Assembly: GCA_964201505.1 (NCBI GenBank)
Contig: CAXNEN010000001.1
Span: 1-29,813, forward strand
Reading direction: 5' to 3'
Source of the DNA: Opitutales bacterium
GTDB lineage: Bacteria > Verrucomicrobiota > Verrucomicrobiia > Opitutales > UBA953
Length of the DNA stretch: 29,813 nucleotides
Position numbers and translations under genes: made by a program. The notes under the pieces are model-generated. The model was not told where the DNA came from. It worked only from the letters and a program-made list of their open reading frames with translations, and ran no database searches. Below, piece after piece: positions 24,336 to 29,813 of the stretch (positions within the stretch are counted from its first letter, which is position 1; the number at the start of each line of letters is the position of its first letter).

Positions 24336-25553
24336 TTGCGCCTCCTTTACTTCCATCAACATTTCGCGACCCCACAGGGCGCAAGCGGCACGCGTTCCTA
24401 TGAGTTTGCCCGGGCACTGATTGCCCGCGGACATCAGGTCACGATGATTTGCGGTGCGCATGCGCAGAGCGGCCTGACGCTCCCGTATGACGAAGCCCGC
24501 GGCTGGCATCGCGGCGAAGTCGATGGAATCGATGTTATCTCGTTGCCGCTCGCCTATTCGAACCGCGATTCGTTGTTTCGCCGCGGCTGGACCTTCCTTC
24601 GCTTCGCCCTGCGTTCCGTCCGCCTCGCGCTCGAGCTCGATTGCGATCTGGTCTTCGCGACCTCAACGCCGATCACGGCCGTCATCCCTGGCCTCGCCGC
24701 TAAATGGCTGCGCGGGAAGCCCTTCGTCTTCGAGGTACGCGATCTCTGGCCAGAACTCCCTCGTGCGCTCGGCCTACGTAATCCATTCGTCCTTGGCGGC
24801 ATGTCGCTCCTGGAATTCTTCGGCTACCGTTCGGCCGATGCGTGCATCGGGCTCTCGCCCGGAATCGTTGAGGGCATCCGGGCCCGCTCCGACGAGCGTC
24901 TGCCGGTCGCGATGATTCCCAATGGCTCCGACCTCGAGCTCTTTCATCCGTCCAAGCGCACTCGCCTGACCTTGCCCGGCCTCGGACCCGATGACTTCGT
25001 CGCTGGCTTCACCGGCGCCCACGGCGTCGCCAATGGGCTCGACGCCTTACTCGACGTTGCTGCGGAGCTCAGGCGTCGCAGCGACACGCGTGTAAAGCTC
25101 GCCTTCATTGGCGACGGCAAGGAGAAGGAACGCCTCGCAGCCCGCGCCACCGAACTCGGCCTCACGAACTGCCTATTCTTCCCGCCAGTTCCCAAGACCG
25201 AGCTCGGTGCGATCACCGCCTCCCTCGATTGCGGGTTGATGGTACTTAAGGACGTCCCGGCGTTTTACCGGGGCACATCGCCGAATAAGTTCTTCGACTA
25301 TCTCGCCGCCGGGATTCCGGTCATGAACAACTACCCGGGCTGGCTGGCTGGCCTAATCACTGAGCACCAATGCGGCATCGTGGTTCCCCCCAGCAATCCG
25401 TCCGCCTTCGCTGACGCGCTACAGTCTCTCGCGGCTGATTCGGCCGGGCGTCGCGCCATGGGTACGGCCGCTCGCCACCTGGCAGAGAGGGAGTTCGCTC
25501 GCCCACGCCTCGCCGCAGAATTTGTACTTACGCTCGAAACCCACGCACTCTGA
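24336..25553 (+). CDS. Glycosyltransferase family 4 (WbuB-like)
   Basis: TTG start; YFHQHF..P.GASGTRSYE, FATSTP, FVFEVRDLWPE, IPNGSD, GAHGVANGL, IGDGKEK, SPNKFFDYLAAGIPV. Confidence 0.9.
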   Translation: MRLLYFHQHFATPQGASGTRSYEFARALIARGHQVTMICGAHAQSGLTLPYDEARGWHRGEVDGIDVISLPLAYSNRDSLFRRGWTFLRFALRSVRLALELDCDLVFATSTPITAVIPGLAAKWLRGKPFVFEVRDLWPELPRALGLRNPFVLGGMSLLEFFGYRSADACIGLSPGIVEGIRARSDERLPVAMIPNGSDLELFHPSKRTRLTLPGLGPDDFVAGFTGAHGVANGLDALLDVAAELRRRSDTRVKLAFIGDGKEKERLAARATELGLTNCLFFPPVPKTELGAITASLDCGLMVLKDVPAFYRGTSPNKFFDYLAAGIPVMNNYPGWLAGLITEHQCGIVVPPSNPSAFADALQSLAADSAGRRAMGTAARHLAEREFARPRLAAEFVLTLETHAL

Positions 25554-25555
25554 CC

Positions 25556-25852
25556 ATGCTCACCCGCGAACAAGCCCTTGCCCTCGTGCTTCGACGCCTC
25601 GCCCTGCTGGGCAAGGAACTCGGCAAGCCGGCGCTCGAACAGGCCGATGAGCAGACACGGCTCTTCGGCGAAGCCGCCGCCTTGGACAGTATCGGCCTCG
25701 TGACGCTCATCGCCGACCTCGAGGAGGATATTCGCGTCGCTACGGGCAAGACGGTCTTTCTCGCTGACGAAAAAGCCATGAGCCGCCTCACTTCTCCATT
25801 TCGCCGCACCGGTCTGCTGGCGGAGTATGTGGTTGAGATGGTCAACAAGTAA
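25556..25852 (+). CDS. Acyl carrier protein-like
   Basis: LFGEAAALDSIGLV carries the phosphopantetheine-attachment DS motif; 98 aa; next to an SDR and an AMP ligase. Confidence 0.8.
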   Translation: MLTREQALALVLRRLALLGKELGKPALEQADEQTRLFGEAAALDSIGLVTLIADLEEDIRVATGKTVFLADEKAMSRLTSPFRRTGLLAEYVVEMVNK

Positions 25853-25895
25853 GAGGCCCGGAGGCCCAGAGGCTCTGTTAATCGGAGCGATGCAG

Positions 25896-26042
25896 TATCG
25901 GGTCACAGGTCTCGGCCCTCAGGTCTCTGGTACGGGTTATCAGGTACAGGTGCGGGTACGGGGCAAAGTTCAGGTCCTGAACCTGTACCCGAACCTGAAC
26001 ACCTGAACCTGGCTCCCGACGGCCGAGACCCGAGACCCGAAA
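25896..26042 (+). repeat. 147-bp hairpin element B, copy 3
   Basis: TATCGGGTCACAGGTCTCGGCC...GGCCGAGACCCGAGACCCGAAA; bracketed by gaggcccg gaggccca gaggctct (25853-25876) and gagcctcc gagcctct (about 26050-26065). Confidence 0.85.
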
Positions 26043-26091
26043 ATACCCTGAGCCTCCGAGCCTCTGGTCAACTAAGCCTCTCATTAGTATC

Positions 26092-26139
26092 TCCCCTTGC
26101 CCACGTGCCCACGTGCCAGCTTGCCCCCTGAATAATACC
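26092..26139 (+). repeat. Octamer leader array Y abutting the SDR start
   Basis: tccccttg cccacgtg cccacgtg ccagcttg ccccctga ataatacc ATG. Confidence 0.85.
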
Positions 26140-26829
26140 ATGCCCTCCATTGCTCTCATCACCGGTTCTTCCCGTGGCCTCGGCCTGGCTTTGGCCGAGC
26201 GCCTGTTGGCCGAAGGCTGGACGGTCCATGGTTTTGCGCGTGGTCCGCAGGCGCTTGTCCACGAGCGCTTCCGCCCTCATGCCGTTGACGTCACCGATGA
26301 AGCCGCGGTGCGCACTGCCATCGCCGGCATCGCCGCCGAGGGTCGGATCGACCTACTGGTCAACAACGCCGGCACGGCCTCGTTGAATTCCGTCCTGCTT
26401 ACTCCGGGCGAGGTCGCCGCCGCGCTGATGCGCGTCAATTACCTCGGCGCGTTCCACTGTCTCCAGGCTGCGGGCAAGGTCATGGTCCGCCAGCGTTCCG
26501 GCCTGATTATTAACCTCACCACCGTCGCGGTGCCGCTCATTCTGGAAGGCGAAGCCGCTTACGTGGCCAGTAAGGCCGCCGTCGAAGCGCTTACCAAAGT
26601 AGCCGCAGCCGAACTCGCCCCCCAAGGCGTGCGGATCCTCGCCGCCGGCTTCGGGCCGGTGGACACTGCGCTCACGCGTGCGGTCCCACGCAGCAAACTA
26701 GCCGAAATCAACGAGCGGATCGGCCGGCCGCAGGGCACGACGATCCCGCAGGCCGTCGACTTCCTCGCCGCGCTGATCGGCGACGCCTCCATTCCATCCG
26801 GCTCGGTCCGTTACCTCGCCTCTTTCTAA
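26140..26829 (+). CDS. Short-chain dehydrogenase/reductase (FabG-like)
   Basis: ITGSSRGLG, LVNNAG, YVASK catalytic motif, FGPVDT. ATG 26140 preferred. Confidence 0.9.
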   Translation: MPSIALITGSSRGLGLALAERLLAEGWTVHGFARGPQALVHERFRPHAVDVTDEAAVRTAIAGIAAEGRIDLLVNNAGTASLNSVLLTPGEVAAALMRVNYLGAFHCLQAAGKVMVRQRSGLIINLTTVAVPLILEGEAAYVASKAAVEALTKVAAAELAPQGVRILAAGFGPVDTALTRAVPRSKLAEINERIGRPQGTTIPQAVDFLAALIGDASIPSGSVRYLASF

Positions 26830-28173
26830 GTGTCTACCTGGTTGCTCGATCGAATCCTTGGCTATGCCGCCAAGCCTGCCTTCGCCGGCGTCGGAGAAGT
26901 CGTGACTTATGGGGAGCTGCATGCCCTCGTCGGCAAGGCGCGCCAAGCGCTTGCCCAGCTGCGGCTCGACCGCCCGACCGCCTTTGGACTCGTCGGTGAA
27001 CACGGGCCGGCCTCTACGGCTTGGCTGCTCGCGCTCGCAGAGGCCGGGCATTACGTCGCGCCGCTGTCCGGCAATCCGGCCGAGCATCCGGCCAAGCTCG
27101 CAGTTATCCATGCGCAATGGGTCGTGGTGGTCGAAGGACTCGATTGGAAACTTCTCCCGCGTGTCGACGAGCCTTCGAACCATCCGCTGTTCGCGCAGCT
27201 ACGCGAGCAGGGAGCCCCGGGCCTCATCCTGTTCTCCAGTGGAACCAGTGGCGCACCGAAGGCGATGGTCCAGGATTTCGGTAAGTTGCTGTCGACCTAT
27301 GCCTCGCGCCACGAAAGCGACCTCTCGATGCTGGCACTCCTCGGCTTCGACCACATCGGCGGGCTGAACACGCTCTTCAACACCTTGGCCGCCGGCGCGC
27401 TACTGGCCGTCCCCACTTCACGTGCGCCGGGCGATGTCGCCGCGATGATCGCGCGTCACCGCGTCGCCATCCTGCCCGCGTCGCCGACGTTCCTGAACCT
27501 GCTATTGGCCGCGGGCGTCACCGGCGAACTCACTTCGCTGCGCGTGATCACCTACGGAACCGAGCCGATGCCGGAAGCACTGCTGGCAAGGCTCAAGGTC
27601 GCCTTCCCGCGTGCGCGCTTCATCCAAACCTTTGGCACGAGCGAAACCGGTATCACCCGCACGGAGAGCCCTGAGGCGGGGTCCACTTTCCTTCGCTTCG
27701 AGGACCCGAACTTGGAATGGAAGGTCATCGATGATGAACTCTGGTTGCGCAGCCGCACGCAGATCGCCGGCTACCTCAACGCGAGCAACGAGCGTTTTAC
27801 CGCCGACGGCTGGTTCCAGACGGGCGATAAGGTCGAGCAGGGGCCGAACGGCACGCTTCGGATTCTCGGCCGGATGGGCGAGATGATCAACGTCGGCGGC
27901 GAGAAGCTCATGCCGGCCGAAGTCGAAGCTGTTGTCCTGGGAGTCGCCGGCGTCGCCGATTGCCGCGTCCGCGGCGAACCGCACCCGCTCACCGGGCAGA
28001 CCGTCGTCGCCGATATCGTCTCGAGGGAAACCGATCAGGAAGCCCTGCGCTCCGCGATCCGCACCGCCTGCCGCGAACGCCTCGCCCGCCACAAGATCCC
28101 CACCCGCGTTACTTTCGTTCCTTCCGTCAGTGGTGAACGACTCAAGAAAATCCGCCCCGAGCCCGCCCGATGA
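26830..28173 (+). CDS. AMP-binding acyl-CoA/acyl-ACP ligase (ANL superfamily)
   Basis: LFSSGTSGAPK, FDHIGG, TYGTE, QTFGTSETG, WFQTGD, GRMGEMINVGGEK, HKIP; GTG start immediately after the SDR stop. Confidence 0.9.
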   Translation: MSTWLLDRILGYAAKPAFAGVGEVVTYGELHALVGKARQALAQLRLDRPTAFGLVGEHGPASTAWLLALAEAGHYVAPLSGNPAEHPAKLAVIHAQWVVVVEGLDWKLLPRVDEPSNHPLFAQLREQGAPGLILFSSGTSGAPKAMVQDFGKLLSTYASRHESDLSMLALLGFDHIGGLNTLFNTLAAGALLAVPTSRAPGDVAAMIARHRVAILPASPTFLNLLLAAGVTGELTSLRVITYGTEPMPEALLARLKVAFPRARFIQTFGTSETGITRTESPEAGSTFLRFEDPNLEWKVIDDELWLRSRTQIAGYLNASNERFTADGWFQTGDKVEQGPNGTLRILGRMGEMINVGGEKLMPAEVEAVVLGVAGVADCRVRGEPHPLTGQTVVADIVSRETDQEALRSAIRTACRERLARHKIPTRVTFVPSVSGERLKKIRPEPAR

Positions 28174-29504
28174 ATTCCCTCCTTCCTTACCTCGTCGTCG
28201 ACCTTTGCTTAGTGATTAGCCTAAGCCTACTGCTGATCAAACGACTCAGCTTCTGGCACCCAGCGACCGTTTACCTGGTCTTCCATTTCTACAGTTTTAC
28301 CTGGAGGGCCATCGGCTTGGTCAATGGCGCTCCGCCGATGTACGCTCAGAACCCAGCCGCTGACATGATTATGGCCCCCGAGTATGAGCGGGCCTTGTTG
28401 TGGGCGGACGTTGGGCTGGTCGCTTTCTGCATCGCCGCCTATTGGGCGCACCTTCGTTTCGAGCCGCGTAGTCATCGTCCCATCGTCCGCCGGACGCTTT
28501 CGCCGAGACTTGTGGTGGCGGTCTGTTGCGTAGCTCTACCTATAGGAATCTTGGCCTTATATGCGGCGAAATCCGATGTCTATGTCAGCGACGTCGTCGC
28601 CACGAGCGGTTACTTCCAGACATTGACGATGTGGCCGTTCGGTTGCTTGGCGATGCTGGTCTTCGCCTATGGCTTCCGCTGGTATTCCGTCATACTAATC
28701 TGCGCCTACATAGGCGTCGTCGCCCTGCAGGGCTACCACCGCTTCATGGTGCTTTTGCCCATCATCTTCTTCACGGCGTACTTCCTGCAGTCTCGCCGCC
28801 GCCTCTGGCCAACTTTGCCAATCATCTTGCTAGGGTTCGTCACGGCGATGATTTTCCCTCGCCTGAAATATATCGGACAGGCTTACCAGAACGGTGATAC
28901 AGCCGAGGCCATTAATCTAGTGTTCGAGTCTTTCGTGGAGCGGAAGTCCTACGAAGCGGTCAGTTACGGCGAAGATTTCTTCGACCAGTACGCCGGCGGA
29001 CTGACCATGACGGATGAGGCCGGGAAGTTCTATTTCGGGTCGACCTACTTAGCGATTGTTACCCTGCCGGTGCCGCGGGCAATCTGGCCCGATAAGCCGG
29101 GCCTGGCGGATCACGTGCATGATATCTCCACCACGCGGCGCCAATATAACGTCGAGGGCCGCATCCTGACGTACCTCGGCGAGGCTTACTTGAACTTCGG
29201 TTACCTCGGCATGGTGGCGATTCCGGCTCTGCTGGGATATCTGCTGACCATGTGGTGTCTGCGGGCGACTTCCGGCCCCCTGTGGCGTTTCGACCGCTAC
29301 CTGTACACCGTCTTCTTCATCGCGTTCATCCAGCTGTATCGTGACGGCCTATTGTCCCTCTTGGTCTTCACCATCGTCCACAACATCCCGATGGCCGTGG
29401 TTTGGTTCCTGCATCTCATCCCGGGCCTAGCGCCCAAGCTCCTAGATCTGCCGCCGGCCGATCCGCGCGCTCAGGATGACGGCGCCATCACGGTGTTACG
29501 TTGA
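28170..29504 (+). CDS. Polytopic membrane protein, probable O-antigen/polysaccharide polymerase (Wzy-like)
   Basis: About 10 or more hydrophobic segments, PRAIWPDKP and YLGEAYLNFGYLG motifs seen in Wzy-type proteins, visibly less GC-biased codons, location in a polysaccharide operon. Confidence 0.7.
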   Translation: MNSLLPYLVVDLCLVISLSLLLIKRLSFWHPATVYLVFHFYSFTWRAIGLVNGAPPMYAQNPAADMIMAPEYERALLWADVGLVAFCIAAYWAHLRFEPRSHRPIVRRTLSPRLVVAVCCVALPIGILALYAAKSDVYVSDVVATSGYFQTLTMWPFGCLAMLVFAYGFRWYSVILICAYIGVVALQGYHRFMVLLPIIFFTAYFLQSRRRLWPTLPIILLGFVTAMIFPRLKYIGQAYQNGDTAEAINLVFESFVERKSYEAVSYGEDFFDQYAGGLTMTDEAGKFYFGSTYLAIVTLPVPRAIWPDKPGLADHVHDISTTRRQYNVEGRILTYLGEAYLNFGYLGMVAIPALLGYLLTMWCLRATSGPLWRFDRYLYTVFFIAFIQLYRDGLLSLLVFTIVHNIPMAVVWFLHLIPGLAPKLLDLPPADPRAQDDGAITVLR

Positions 29505-29508
29505 GCTG

Positions 29509-29813
29509 ATGACCGCGATTCGCCACATCGTCTACGAGTGCGTGCCCGGCGCTTATGCCGGCGGCGTGCAGAAGATGGTGTTCGAGCTCGCCTCCGCCCA
29601 GCGTCGCCTCGGCGCCGACGTCGAGATCTGGACGCCCGACGCGATCCGGGCTGGCTCCACCGAAGATTTCGACGGGCTGCCGATCCGCTATTTCATGCCG
29701 AGCCGTGCCTTGGGGTTGGCGCAGTCCTCTCGCCTCGAGCGAGCGATCGCAGAGCTTCCGCCGGCTTCCGTCCTGCATGCGCACTCTACGTTCCATCCGC
29801 TTAACCTTCAGAT
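29509..29813 (+). CDS. Glycosyltransferase family 4, N-terminal part (truncated by window end)
   Basis: Not in the ORF track. ATG 29509 reads open to the end: MTAIRHIVYECVPGAYAGGVQKMVFELASAQRRLGADVEIWTPD...VLHAHSTFHPLNLQ, with the GT4 N-terminal GG.......LA....G.V...T and HAH pattern. Confidence 0.75.
   Translation, partial: MTAIRHIVYECVPGAYAGGVQKMVFELASAQRRLGADVEIWTPDAIRAGSTEDFDGLPIRYFMPSRALGLAQSSRLERAIAELPPASVLHAHSTFHPLNLQ

Noticed and set aside
12617-26042. Element B as a peptide-coding repeat (VRVQVQ / PAPAP translations)
   Set aside because: The translations only reflect hexamer periodicity; the copies are read in different frames with no shared start or stop.
12574-26139. Integron cassette array with attC sites
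   Set aside because: GTTGACC/GGTCAAC do not fit GTTRRRY/RYYYAAC, there is no integrase, and several genes are translationally coupled with no spacer between them.
9262-29813. Prophage, IS element or integrase-bearing island
   Set aside because: No transposase, integrase or phage gene and no att duplication are visible in the window.

Overview
GC-rich bacterial chromosome segment; gene style suggests Verrucomicrobiota (Opitutae-like), which is an inference and was not tested. The left part (1-9.3 kb) is housekeeping: tRNA-Gly(TCC), an M24 peptidase, a DUF2103-like ORF, pabB/trpE-like and pabC-like genes, a small membrane protein, a CNNM/CBS protein, lgt, a DegT aminotransferase, a glutaredoxin, an orphan OmpR-type regulator, a 60-aa membrane ORF and tRNA-Glu(TTC). 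From 9.35 kb to the window end is one co-oriented (+) surface-polysaccharide/LPS locus: GbsR/MarR regulator, cytidylyltransferase, gmd, fcl, kdsB, kdsD, O-antigen-ligase-like gene, bi-domain oxidoreductase, wecC, heparinase II/III-like gene, wecB, GT4, ACP, SDR, acyl-AMP ligase, Wzy-like gene and a truncated GT4. The most striking signal is non-coding. All nine large intergenic gaps of this locus (about 170-350 bp) are built from a shared kit of repeat modules whose asymmetric members always point the same way. The modules are 7-8-bp tandem arrays (often as inverted brackets), a central slot holding a 147-148-bp hairpin element (3 copies), a 123-bp GTAG-REP doublet (3 intact copies) or nothing, a conserved CCAATCATCCGGTCTCCGGTTCCCCTTTGAG motif (7 copies), and a C-rich octamer leader with no Shine-Dalgarno. 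Four downstream genes begin with the identical ATGCCCTCC. An ops-like TGCGGTAGCCTG sits at the head of the operon. No transposase, integrase, cas gene or NusG paralog is in the window.
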